Shown here piece after piece: positions 52,604-63,069 of a stretch of 64,000 nt of DNA. Position numbers and translations under genes: made by a program. The notes beneath the pieces are model-generated. The model did not search any database, was not told the origin of the DNA, and saw only the letters and a list, made by a program, of their open reading frames with translations. Within the stretch, counting starts at the first letter, position 1; every line of letters begins with the position of its first letter. Source of the DNA: an uncultured bacterium (GTDB lineage: Bacteria > Planctomycetota > DG-23 > CBDVDV01); contig CBDVDV010000002.1 of the NCBI GenBank assembly GCA_965372835.1, forward strand, positions 179 to 64,178. The letters are read 5' to 3'.

Positions 52604-53452
52604 TCAGCCCGGGTCAACCGGCTCCTGGCTTTCAGACGCACCGGCCGGCCCCGTCTCCGTTGCTTTCTCTCGGACCTGATCTTCCGTAGGGGCCTGGGCG
52701 TCAGCCGAAGGCTCCGGAGCCTCTTCGCCTGGGCGCAGTTGCAGCAGGATTTCGCCAAAAGGCTCCTCCTGGAAAGCCACAACCACCCGTCGGCGAATGA
52801 GTTCCAGCAGAGCCAAAAAGGTGCCCACCACGTGCATTCGGTCTCGCCGACCTTCAAAAAGCTCCCAGAAACGGACACTTGCTTCCCCGCCCATTCGTTC
52901 GACGAGCCGATGCATGAACTCACTCACCGGGATGTCGTCGTAGACGATGGTCTGCGGGAGCCGACCCATCGTCTCCTTCATCAGTTTGCGGAAGGCGGCG
53001 AATACGTCCCAGAGTTCCACCTCTTTCAGAGGCACCGCTGGCTCGCCCTCAGTGGGCGGTTCGGCCCGGGCCAGCCGCGGGAACTTCAACTGCTGCTCTG
53101 CGGCCCGGGCTTTGAGTTCCTCGGCGGCGTCGCGGAACTTCTTGTACTCCAGGAGTTCCCGCACCAGTTCCATCCGCGGGTCTTCCCCCTCGTCCTGCTC
53201 AAGCGGCGGGGGGTGAGGAAGGAGCATCCGCGACTTGATCTCCATCAGCGTGGCCGCCAGCACCACGAACTCACCGGCCAGGTTGACGTCCAGGGCCCTG
53301 ATGAGCTCCAGGTGCTCCAGGTACTGCTCGGTGATGCGGGCGATGGGGATGTCGTAGACTTCCACCTCCTCCTTGCGGATGAGGTAGAGCAAGAGATCCA
53401 TCGGCCCGTTGTAGACGTCGAGGTGTACCCGGTAGTCGTCCAAGTGCTTCAC
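52604..53452 (-). CDS. scpA: segregation and condensation protein A (kleisin)
   Basis: MDLLLYLIRKEEVEVYDIPIARITEQY N-terminal signature; GTG start; no scpB downstream. Confidence 0.8.
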   Translation of the reverse strand: MKHLDDYRVHLDVYNGPMDLLLYLIRKEEVEVYDIPIARITEQYLEHLELIRALDVNLAGEFVVLAATLMEIKSRMLLPHPPPLEQDEGEDPRMELVRELLEYKKFRDAAEELKARAAEQQLKFPRLARAEPPTEGEPAVPLKEVELWDVFAAFRKLMKETMGRLPQTIVYDDIPVSEFMHRLVERMGGEASVRFWELFEGRRDRMHVVGTFLALLELIRRRVVVAFQEEPFGEILLQLRPGEEAPEPSADAQAPTEDQVREKATETGPAGASESQEPVDPG

Positions 53453-53628
53453 TCCACGGCCCTATCCGCTCTCCTCCGCCGAGCCATCGACATTTAGATA
53501 CAGCGATTCAAGGTAGGGACGAATGCCCATCTTCCTGCCACAACTCGAGCAAGGCGGGCGCGTCGGCCTCGGCTGCTTCTCTGATATCGATTGTGGCTGC
53601 CTCCACGACCTCCGGACCTCGGAAGCAT

Positions 53629-54990
53629 TCAAGGCGTCAGGTTGGCTCCGTTGGAGGCGATGACCTCCTTGTACCAGTACGCCGAGTCTTTGAGCGTCCG
53701 CTTCTGGCTGTCGTAGTCAACATGGATAAGCCCAAAGCGCTGCCTGTAGCCCTCCGCCCACTCGAAGTTGTCCATGATGGACCAGTGGAAGTAGCCCCGC
53801 ACGTCCGCGCCATCTTCGATGGCCTTCTCCAACTGGAGCAGGTATCGGCGGGTGAAATCGATACGTTGCGGGTCGTGCACCTTGCCGTCCAGAGCCACCC
53901 AATCAAGGTTCGCTAACCCGTTCTCGGTGATGACGATGGGCAACTTGTATCGCTCATGGAAGAACCGAGGTCCCCAGCGCAGTGCCTCGGGCGTCACCGG
54001 CCAGCGGAAGGCGGTCATGGCGTACCCAGTGGGCAGGTCAACGGGCTCGGCGTTCCCGTCTGGGCCGGCCCGGACGGTCTGGCCCTGGTAGATATTGACA
54101 CCAAAGAAGTCCAACGGTTGGCACATCGTCTCCAGGTCGCCGTCACGAATCTCGGGCAGGTGTGCTGCGTAAGTCTTGAGGCCATCCTCCGGGTAGCGTC
54201 CGAGGATGACCGGGTCCATCCACCAGGTGTTGGTCCAGTAGCCCTTGGGCTCGGTAATCGAGAACATGCTTCGGCGGGCTGCTTCGATGTCCTTGGGGTC
54301 CTCTGTGGCTGGGACTCTGACAGTGCCCACCGGGGCGTAGCCCACCCTGGCTTCGCCCTTGGAATGGGTGCGGATGGCTTGCACGGCCTTGCCGTGCGCC
54401 AGCAAGACATGGCGTGTCATCCTGAGGATTTCTTTGAACGCCAACTTGTCACCGGGGGCGTGCACGCCGTCACGGTGCCCAAGGCCGACGAAGCACTGAG
54501 GCTCATTCAACGTCATCCAGTGGGTCACCCGGTCCGACAGTCTCTCCACGACGACCCCCGTGTACTCGGCAAACCAGTCGGGGCTATCCGGATTCAGCCA
54601 GCCCCCGCGGTAGTAGAGTTCCAGCGGGTAGTCCCAGTGAAAGAGGGTGAGGTACGGACTGATGTTGGCCGCGAGCAGTTCGTCGATGAGTTTGTCGTAG
54701 AAGTCCAGTCCTTTCGGGTTGACCGGACCGACGCCGGCCGGGATGACGCGAGGCCAGGAGATGGAAAGCCGGTAGCCCTTGAGCCCGATCTCTTTCCAGT
54801 GGGCAACGTCTTCTTTATAGCGATGATAGTGATCGCAGGCGACAGCACCCGACTGCCCGTTCCAGATGGTGCCTTGCTTTCGGCACATCATGTCCCAGAC
54901 CGACGGGCCCTTGCCATCCTCGTCGGCGGCGCCCTCGATCTGATAGGACGCCGTGGCCGAACCCCAGACGAAGCCTCCCGGAAATCCCAT
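53629..54990 (-). CDS. GH1 beta-glucosidase/beta-galactosidase
   Basis: TLNEP acid/base and ITENG nucleophile; 453 aa; no signal peptide. Confidence 0.9.
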   Translation of the reverse strand: MGFPGGFVWGSATASYQIEGAADEDGKGPSVWDMMCRKQGTIWNGQSGAVACDHYHRYKEDVAHWKEIGLKGYRLSISWPRVIPAGVGPVNPKGLDFYDKLIDELLAANISPYLTLFHWDYPLELYYRGGWLNPDSPDWFAEYTGVVVERLSDRVTHWMTLNEPQCFVGLGHRDGVHAPGDKLAFKEILRMTRHVLLAHGKAVQAIRTHSKGEARVGYAPVGTVRVPATEDPKDIEAARRSMFSITEPKGYWTNTWWMDPVILGRYPEDGLKTYAAHLPEIRDGDLETMCQPLDFFGVNIYQGQTVRAGPDGNAEPVDLPTGYAMTAFRWPVTPEALRWGPRFFHERYKLPIVITENGLANLDWVALDGKVHDPQRIDFTRRYLLQLEKAIEDGADVRGYFHWSIMDNFEWAEGYRQRFGLIHVDYDSQKRTLKDSAYWYKEVIASNGANLTP

Positions 54991-55079
54991 CGCACGTCCC
55001 CCTTCGCCACAGCGACGACAGGTCCCACCCCTCTGCTGCGACGCCCCGTCGCTGCAGGCCTTACCGATCTCGACAGCCC

Positions 55080-56525
<1,446 letters not shown>

Positions 56526-56546
56526 CTACCCGTGAGGCTTGCGCGC

Positions 56547-56575
56547 GCACGGGCACTCCTTTGGGGTGCCCGTGC
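56547..56575 (-). terminator. perfect 10-bp GC-rich hairpin (GCACGGGCAC/GTGCCCGTGC, 9-nt loop) between the Cys-rich ORF and GH1
   Basis: Inverted repeat read directly; no U-tract. Confidence 0.3.
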
Positions 56576-56607
56576 CACTCCCCGCCCAGGACAGCGACAT
56601 CGAGCAC

Positions 56608-56820
56608 CTATTTCAGCCTGGCGCTCCAGACCTCGATGAACTTCTGGAAGGAGCGGTCGTAGGTCTTCTCCACCTCGGGCGGGAAGCAGCAGCCGGGCAG
56701 CTGCTGCGTCGCCAGGTGGTAACTGATGCATTCGCAGCAGTTTCCCCGCCGGTCACAAGTGGTGTAGGTGCAGGCGCACCTGTCCACGTTCTTCTGCAAG
56801 TTCTCACACTGAACGGTCAT
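56608..56820 (-). CDS. small Cys-rich protein (8 Cys + His), putative metal-binding, unknown function
   Basis: MTVQCENLQKNVDRCACTYTTCDRRGNCCECISYHLATQQLPGCCF.. AGGAGG RBS 4 nt before the ATG. The track ORF 5' extension lacks an RBS. Confidence 0.55.
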   Translation of the reverse strand: MTVQCENLQKNVDRCACTYTTCDRRGNCCECISYHLATQQLPGCCFPPEVEKTYDRSFQKFIEVWSARLK

Positions 56821-56833
56821 CTTTCCTCCTTCC

Positions 56834-58948
56834 CTACTCCAGGTTAACCTCTTTGACCACTTCGTCATACGGGTGTTCGGCAGATTCGAAACGTTCCGGT
56901 ATCCTTTGCCCCGGGTCAACTAACACATGCACCCGGCGCGTGCCCGAAAGGCCAGCCACGTTCCACTTGACCGTGGCGTAGCCATACTCCCCGGCCACGA
57001 TCCTGGGTATTGCCTGGTCGGTGCCTATCTGCCTGCCTCCGGCCTTCGGGTCACCGTCGAAGAAGCGCACCACCGCGTTCTTCACCACCGCATTGCCCGG
57101 GTTCAGGCCCCAGAGGTCCCAGTTGCGCACCGCAGCGGTCAAGGTCACCACGTCCCCTTCCCGTTCAGCAGTGACGAAACTGGGGTCCAGGAGCACCAGG
57201 TTGGGCTTCTCGCTCACGATGGTGTCGATGTAGGTAGCGTTATTGCGCTCACTGTCCTCCGAAATGACCTCCTCCGGGTCCACCAACATCCACACCTGGG
57301 TCATGTCCTCGTACCAGGACTCCCTCGGCTCGGGCACCCACTTCACCTGGACCTCCTTGGTCTCCCCGGGCCCCAGCAGAGGGATGACAACGTCGTCGGC
57401 AATGGGCTTTCCGTCCTCGGTAGGTTTGCCTTGGTAGAAGCGGACCGTTACGTTCCTAGCTGGGCCTCGACCCTTGTTGGTCACCCGGCCGGTGACGATG
57501 CAGGGAAGGCCGACCCGCGGGCGCTGAGGGTCGAGGGTAATGTTCAAATCCTCCAGCCACTCGTAGGTGACGCTTGCCGAGTCCCCTTGGGGCAGTTGAC
57601 CCGCAACGGAGATGGTGTTCGTCCCCAACCTGAGCGCCGGCAAGGCCTTGGGGTAGTATTGGAGATCGGCGCGCACGCTCACCTCCGCCAGGGCGCACGC
57701 GGCGGGCGCGCTTCCGGGCTCCAGTTCCCAACGGACCAGAAAGGTGTACTTGTCGGCGGTTTCGTGGGTGACCTCCTGAGTGACGTCGCTCTGGCAGCGC
57801 AGGGACAGGTCCCCCCGCCCGGCAGCCTCCCGCAGGAGTTTCCAGGTCTGTCCCCCGTCCACGCTGACGGCGATGCGGGCCCGGGCTGCCTCCGAACCCA
57901 GACGGAACCTCCCCAATACCTGTACCCGTGGCGTAAAGTACGGGGTACGCACCCGCACCACCAGCGCCGCCGGCTGTCCCACCCTCGTGGGCCGAAGCAC
58001 CCCAGCGCCCCGGTCGAAAGCAAAGTTCTTCACCTCCTCGGCGCCCGGGAAGGTGTCGTCGATCCAGGCGGTCCGAAGATCGGGCTCGTACCGGAGGAAC
58101 CCGTTGGCATAGATGTAAGGGGGCTTCTCGCCGTGGGCTTTGCACCAGAGGCGAATGTTGTCCCAGCGACGGGTGAGCACCTCGCCCACGCGCAGCGTCA
58201 CCCTCGGATCCCACTTGGCTGACTTCCGCCAGCGGGAATCCTCCGTGACCCAGTCGTCGGAATCGTCGCCCCACATGCTGAGAGCGCCCTCCACGTCCCC
58301 ACCCCATTTCAGGGACCGGCCGACGTCGTCGTGGGTACGGGTCACCAGCCCGTTATCCAAGGCCAGGTCGTGGATGGAGGCGACGGTGCGGTTGTCCCGG
58401 CAGAGAAAGAAGTATCGGCAACTGGAATCCAGCAGGTGCCATTTCTCATCCCAGAACATCTCGGTGGTGCCATGGCTGCTCGGGTTGATGTACCGGCAGC
58501 GGACGCCCGCAGCGTCGCAGAGGGCTTCGGTGAGGACGGCCATGGGTCCGCAGTAGCTGTAGCCCCAGACGTTGGCGTACTCCAGCGGGTCGTCACAGGT
58601 GCGGCCGTCGTGGTCGTGGCACCAGGTCATGACGAAGTGCCAGATGGCCAGGGCCTTCTCTCGGTCACTCATCTCGGGCTTGATGATGCTTCTGAGCATC
58701 CCTTCCAGGCTGGTGCAGTCAATCCACCGGTCGCAGGTAACGGTGGACTCGCGGATGGGCCCATGGAGGCTGAGGGACAGCATTCGGGGTCGGGTCCCGC
58801 CACCCACGTCGACGGTGAACTGAGCAGGCAGTTCGGTCAGCACCTGGGTGTGGCTGCGGTACGTCGGCGCAACGCTGACGTCAGGCGGGGCCGCACAACC
58901 CGCGCCAAAAAGCACACAGACAAGAAGTACCCGAACCCGCTCCGCCAT
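56834..58948 (-). CDS. lipoprotein with transglutaminase-like core and C-terminal CARDB-like repeats
   Basis: Lipobox FGAGC; Cys/His/Asp-containing DCTSLEG..WCHDHDG region; repeated NKGRGPARNVTVRFY-type Ig-like modules. Confidence 0.5.
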   Translation of the reverse strand: MAERVRVLLVCVLFGAGCAAPPDVSVAPTYRSHTQVLTELPAQFTVDVGGGTRPRMLSLSLHGPIRESTVTCDRWIDCTSLEGMLRSIIKPEMSDREKALAIWHFVMTWCHDHDGRTCDDPLEYANVWGYSYCGPMAVLTEALCDAAGVRCRYINPSSHGTTEMFWDEKWHLLDSSCRYFFLCRDNRTVASIHDLALDNGLVTRTHDDVGRSLKWGGDVEGALSMWGDDSDDWVTEDSRWRKSAKWDPRVTLRVGEVLTRRWDNIRLWCKAHGEKPPYIYANGFLRYEPDLRTAWIDDTFPGAEEVKNFAFDRGAGVLRPTRVGQPAALVVRVRTPYFTPRVQVLGRFRLGSEAARARIAVSVDGGQTWKLLREAAGRGDLSLRCQSDVTQEVTHETADKYTFLVRWELEPGSAPAACALAEVSVRADLQYYPKALPALRLGTNTISVAGQLPQGDSASVTYEWLEDLNITLDPQRPRVGLPCIVTGRVTNKGRGPARNVTVRFYQGKPTEDGKPIADDVVIPLLGPGETKEVQVKWVPEPRESWYEDMTQVWMLVDPEEVISEDSERNNATYIDTIVSEKPNLVLLDPSFVTAEREGDVVTLTAAVRNWDLWGLNPGNAVVKNAVVRFFDGDPKAGGRQIGTDQAIPRIVAGEYGYATVKWNVAGLSGTRRVHVLVDPGQRIPERFESAEHPYDEVVKEVNLE

Positions 58949-58978
58949 CTCAGGTGCCCTTTCCCCTGCCGGGAACTA

Positions 58979-59968
58979 TCAGAACCCCAGGACCTGGTGG
59001 ACCAGGTCCATGGTCTCGTGCGCTTCTTCGTGGGCCCGTTGGCTCCCGGCCTCGATGATGGCTTTTAGTTCGTCCCGGTTGGCGAGCAGTTCCTGGCGAC
59101 GCTGGCGGATGGGTGTGAGCACCTCGATAAGCAGTTCGGCCAGCCGGGCCTTGCATTCGGTGCAGCCCCACTCGGCGTTCTTGCATCGGCGGGCCACTGA
59201 GTCGGCCTCTTCCTTGGTGCTGAAGACTTCGTAGTAACTGTGGACGTTGCAGTAATCGGGTCGGCCGGGGTCGGTTCGGCGGATGCGCTGGGGGTCGGTG
59301 ATCATAGACATGGTCTTCTCGCGGATGGTGTCGGGAGCATCGGCCAGGGCGATGAAGTTGCCGTAGGACTTGCTCATCTTTCGGCGGTCCAGGCCCAGGA
59401 GCCGACTCGTGGGGGCCAGCAGGTCCTGGGGGTCGGGGAACACCTGGCCGAAGAGGTGATTGAATCGTCGGCCGATCTCCCGGGTGATTTCCAGGTGGGG
59501 GAGTTGGTCGTCGCCCACGGGCACGGTGTCGGCCCGGTAGAGGAGGATGTCCGAGGCCATGAGTACGGGATAGCCTAAGAAGGCGTAGTTGGTGAGGTCG
59601 TGGTCGCGCATCTCCTGCTGCTGCTCCTTGTAGGTGGGGCAGCGCTCCAGCCAGGGGATGGGGGTGATGCAGGAGAAGACCATGTGCAGTTCCACGTGCT
59701 CGGGGACGTGGCTCTGGATGAAGATGGTGGAGCGCTCCGGGTCCAGGCCCACGGCTAGCCAGTCAGCCAGCACCTCCCAGGTGTACTGGGCAATGTTCTC
59801 AGGGGTAGCGAACTCGCTCATCAGGGCGTGCCAGTCGACGATGCAGTAGAAGCATTCGTACTCGTCCTGGAGTTTGATCCAGTTCCTGAGGGCCCCGGCC
59901 AGGTTCCCCAGATGCATCGGCCCCGTGGGCCTCATCCCCGAGAGAATCCGTCCCTTCTTCTCGGCCAC
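58979..59968 (-). CDS. trpS: tryptophan--tRNA ligase
   Basis: TGPMHLGN (HIGH) and KMSKS motifs, 329 aa. Confidence 0.93.
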   Translation of the reverse strand: MAEKKGRILSGMRPTGPMHLGNLAGALRNWIKLQDEYECFYCIVDWHALMSEFATPENIAQYTWEVLADWLAVGLDPERSTIFIQSHVPEHVELHMVFSCITPIPWLERCPTYKEQQQEMRDHDLTNYAFLGYPVLMASDILLYRADTVPVGDDQLPHLEITREIGRRFNHLFGQVFPDPQDLLAPTSRLLGLDRRKMSKSYGNFIALADAPDTIREKTMSMITDPQRIRRTDPGRPDYCNVHSYYEVFSTKEEADSVARRCKNAEWGCTECKARLAELLIEVLTPIRQRRQELLANRDELKAIIEAGSQRAHEEAHETMDLVHQVLGF

Positions 59969-60055
59969 CCGTCTTCTCCTCTACTATGGTGTCCTGTGCC
60001 TCGCTGCACGCTCGGCCTCGTCTGAGGCAATTCCCTAACCCAGGAAAAACGCAGG

Positions 60056-60682
60056 CTAATATCCCACCAGCGCCCTGGTCGAATAAGTAATCACCGCCCA
60101 GAGGACGTCGAACAGCGGGGTAAACATAATCAGAATCATGAGCAGGATGAAGCCAGTCTCGCGAAGGCTCTGGTAGGCTGCAGCGGCCTGCGGTGGCAAC
60201 AGTGCGGCGAGCACGTGTGACCCGTCAAGGGGTGGCACCGGCAGCAGATTGAAGAAGGCCAGCAGCAGATTAATCATCACCCCGTACTCCAGCGCTCGGG
60301 TTCCCACCGAGGTCGTCGCGAACACCTGCGTAGCCAGGAGGGTGCGGATCAGAACTGCCAGAACAACGGCAATGAGCAAGTTGGTGGCCACCCCCGCCAA
60401 AGACACCAGGATGTCGTCCCGCTTGGGGTTCCGGAAGTTCAACGGATTGACGGGAACCGGCTTGGCCCCACCGAAGATGAAGCCCATGAAGTACCACATG
60501 ACAAGAGGCAGAATGACTGTGCGAATCGGGTCGATGTGTGGCAGCGGGTTGAAGGTCAGCCGACCGGAGAGCTTGGCCGTCGGATCCCCGCAGAGATAGG
60601 CCACATAGCCGTGGGCCACCTCGTGGGCCATCACGGAGATCACAAAAATAGCCAAGACGGCTACGACCACAAAGGTCGACAC
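60056..60682 (-). CDS. site-2 protease family (peptidase M50) membrane metalloprotease
   Basis: HEVAH and NLLPVPPLDG motifs, multi-TM, 208 aa. Confidence 0.8.
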   Translation of the reverse strand: MSTFVVVAVLAIFVISVMAHEVAHGYVAYLCGDPTAKLSGRLTFNPLPHIDPIRTVILPLVMWYFMGFIFGGAKPVPVNPLNFRNPKRDDILVSLAGVATNLLIAVVLAVLIRTLLATQVFATTSVGTRALEYGVMINLLLAFFNLLPVPPLDGSHVLAALLPPQAAAAYQSLRETGFILLMILIMFTPLFDVLWAVITYSTRALVGY

Positions 60683-60800
60683 TGGTTCCCTCTCGCGTGC
60701 TCTTCCCGCAGCTCCCCGGTTCCACCAGTATCACGCCGAGGGCAAGGCACTGTCAAGCCCCAAGGCCTACGGGCAAGACGGGAACACCGGCAAAATCGCC

Positions 60801-60828
60801 TTGCCCCTGCGCCAGACCACCGTAGAAT
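60801..60828 (+). promoter_or_regulatory. candidate promoter TTGCCC-16-TAGAAT for the lipoprotein gene
   Basis: Hexamers ~50 nt upstream of ATG 60880. Confidence 0.3.
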
Positions 60829-60879
60829 GACCAGGCGGTCGCGCTGGCACGACAGAACAGCAGGTGCAGGAGCACCAGG

Positions 60880-61302
60880 ATGAACGAGTTCTCAGGACTG
60901 GCGGCACGGGTCTTAGCGTTGGCACTGCTCGCCCTGGCGGCGGGTTGTCAGCAGCAGGCGACCACGCTGTCGGGCTGGGTGAGCGAAGGCAGCGAGAGCA
61001 CCATTGTGCTCCTGGAGAGACCTGAGGTGGAGTTGGCTTCCGCCCCCGTCGCGGGCGCGACCGTCGGCGTCCACAAGCGGGAGCGCGGCAAGGACCGGGC
61101 CATCTGTGACGTTCAGACTGACGGGACCGGCCACTTCTCCGCCAGCATCCTCCGCCAACCGGGCGGGCGGGCCCACTGGCAACTCACCGTGGCGAAAGCC
61201 GGCTACGAATCCGCCTCCACCGGTTGGCGCCGACTCCCCGCCGGGAACGCTCTCTACTGGCGTGCCTTTCTGGCCCCCGAAACAAAAGGCAAGGGTCAGT
61301 AA
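60880..61302 (+). CDS. hypothetical lipoprotein (carboxypeptidase-regulatory-like beta-sandwich?)
   Basis: Lipobox LAAGC, 140 aa. Confidence 0.45.
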   Translation: MNEFSGLAARVLALALLALAAGCQQQATTLSGWVSEGSESTIVLLERPEVELASAPVAGATVGVHKRERGKDRAICDVQTDGTGHFSASILRQPGGRAHWQLTVAKAGYESASTGWRRLPAGNALYWRAFLAPETKGKGQ

Positions 61303-61639
61303 GGCGAAAAGCCGGGGAGTGGACACCGGCTCAAAGGCCAATGCCCACTCCCCTCATTCCCCCTGACCCGTAGGGAACGTCGGGTCGCCTCGACCACCTC
61401 CGTGGCCCCAGCGACCGCACAGGAGGGTACGACCGAAGCCGAAGACCTGTCTCTCCGACTCCACTACATTATATCAGCCCCGCAACCCCTCCTGCAGTTG
61501 GCTCAGCCCCGATTTCGTATCTCCTGGCGCCGGCTGAGGTTAAGAACTCAGATTCGTTCACTTTGCCACGCCCAAGGTGGGGCACCCAGGTTTGACCGTT
61601 GGCCGAGGAGACAGGAGCAATGGCGGGAATCTCAACGGT

Positions 61640-62839
61640 TCAGCGGTATTCGTTGATGGCCTCGTACATGGCGATGATGTTTTCCGGCGGCGTCCCAGGC
61701 TGAATGTTGTGAATGTGGCTGAAGACGAAGCCGCCTCCCGGAGCCAGGTCGTCAGTCCGTCGGCGGACTTCGTCCCGCACCTCGCCCGGCGTGCCGAACG
61801 GCAGCACCCGCTGGGTATCACAGCCCCCACCCCAGAAGGAAATGTCGCCGCCGAACTCCCTCTTCAGTTCAGCCGTGTCCATCCCCGAGGCGGTGACCTG
61901 GATGGGGTTGAGCACGTCGATGCCGACGTCGATAAAATCCGGTACGAGGCCCCGCACCGCACCATCGGTATGCAGGCAGACGTGGGCGTTCGACCTCTCC
62001 CGTATGGCTCGACACAGCACTTCCTGGCAAGGTTTGACGAACCTGCGATACATGCTGGGGCTGAGTTGCGAGGTGCGTTGGGTGCCCAGGTCATCGGCCA
62101 TGAGCACCATCTGCACGTTGTCCCCCACGGCCTCGGCAAACCGACCGAAGCGCTCGATGTGCATCTGCGTGATGCGCCAGAGAAGCTCCTCGGCCAGTCT
62201 GGGTGCGATCAGCAGGTCGGTCATGAACTTCTCGTCGCCGAAGAGCCACTGCCCGCCGGTAAAGATATGCCCACCGATATACAGAACCAGGAAGCGGTCG
62301 CTCTCACGGAAGAGCGACGCAGCCCGTTGCCCCAGGGCCTCAAAATCCGTGGGTGCATAGGAGCAGGCATCGATGGCGTCGATGTCGGCTTGGTGTTTGT
62401 CGAGGTCCGCGACCTCACGCACGTCGGCAAGGGGGAAGCGGACCTGGCGGAAGCAAGGAGCACCCTCGGCGAGTCGGGCCGTGACCTCGCCTTGGGCGTT
62501 GCGGCTCACCCAGGAGCCGTCGGGTTGTTCCTCGGGCACACACTCGACCGGCACAAGTTTCGGCACACCGTCCGGTATGGTGCTCTCGACCCAGCCACTG
62601 GGCTGGAACTCGACGGGCTCGGCGTCCGTCCGCGCCAACTCCAGCACAGGGCCCTCTATGCGTGGGAGCAGTTGGTCGGGCTGAGACAACCGTACCGGGC
62701 CGGTGAGACCCAGGCGCTCCCGGAGCGGGCGGTAGGCGCCGTAGAGTATGCTGGTCACGTCCGTGCCGCCAAGGTCCACGGGAATCTGGTCAGGCTCCTG
62801 GTGACTCAGCGCCGCGAGGATTCGTTCGCGTGAGGTCAT
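61640..62839 (-). CDS. URO-D family protein, paralog 3
   Basis: MTSRERILAALSHQEPDQIPVDLGG.. and FVFSHIHNIQPGTPPENIIAMYEA C-terminus. Confidence 0.7.
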   Translation of the reverse strand: MTSRERILAALSHQEPDQIPVDLGGTDVTSILYGAYRPLRERLGLTGPVRLSQPDQLLPRIEGPVLELARTDAEPVEFQPSGWVESTIPDGVPKLVPVECVPEEQPDGSWVSRNAQGEVTARLAEGAPCFRQVRFPLADVREVADLDKHQADIDAIDACSYAPTDFEALGQRAASLFRESDRFLVLYIGGHIFTGGQWLFGDEKFMTDLLIAPRLAEELLWRITQMHIERFGRFAEAVGDNVQMVLMADDLGTQRTSQLSPSMYRRFVKPCQEVLCRAIRERSNAHVCLHTDGAVRGLVPDFIDVGIDVLNPIQVTASGMDTAELKREFGGDISFWGGGCDTQRVLPFGTPGEVRDEVRRRTDDLAPGGGFVFSHIHNIQPGTPPENIIAMYEAINEYR

Positions 62840-62992
62840 GTCCTGTGCTCCCTGCTTGTCAGCGTCGCCGGTACTGTCCCGGCACAGATACTAACAGCCA
62901 GAGGGGCTCATTCACAACCAGCCAGTTCCGACCGGCGAGTGCGGCCATCCGGGACAGGACCCGCCGGCCGGCGGGTGCCGCCCGCGGACGCC

Positions 62993-63021
62993 TTGACCTG
63001 CCCCGGAGGTGTTGCTACCAT
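62993..63021 (+). promoter_or_regulatory. candidate promoter TTGACC-17-TACCAT for URO-D paralog 4
   Basis: Hexamers in the divergent region shared with paralog 3. Confidence 0.3.
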
Positions 63022-63069
63022 TCGGCCACAAGACGTTGCTAACGACCCAGACCGGCGAGGAGCAGCGAG

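Noticed and set aside
56821-56919. N-terminal extension of the Cys-rich ORF (MTRGKGYRNVSNLPNTRMTKWSKRLTWSREGGK)
   Set aside because: A strong AGGAGG RBS precedes the internal Met (56820) and the extension overlaps the upstream lipoprotein gene. The product is taken as 70 aa
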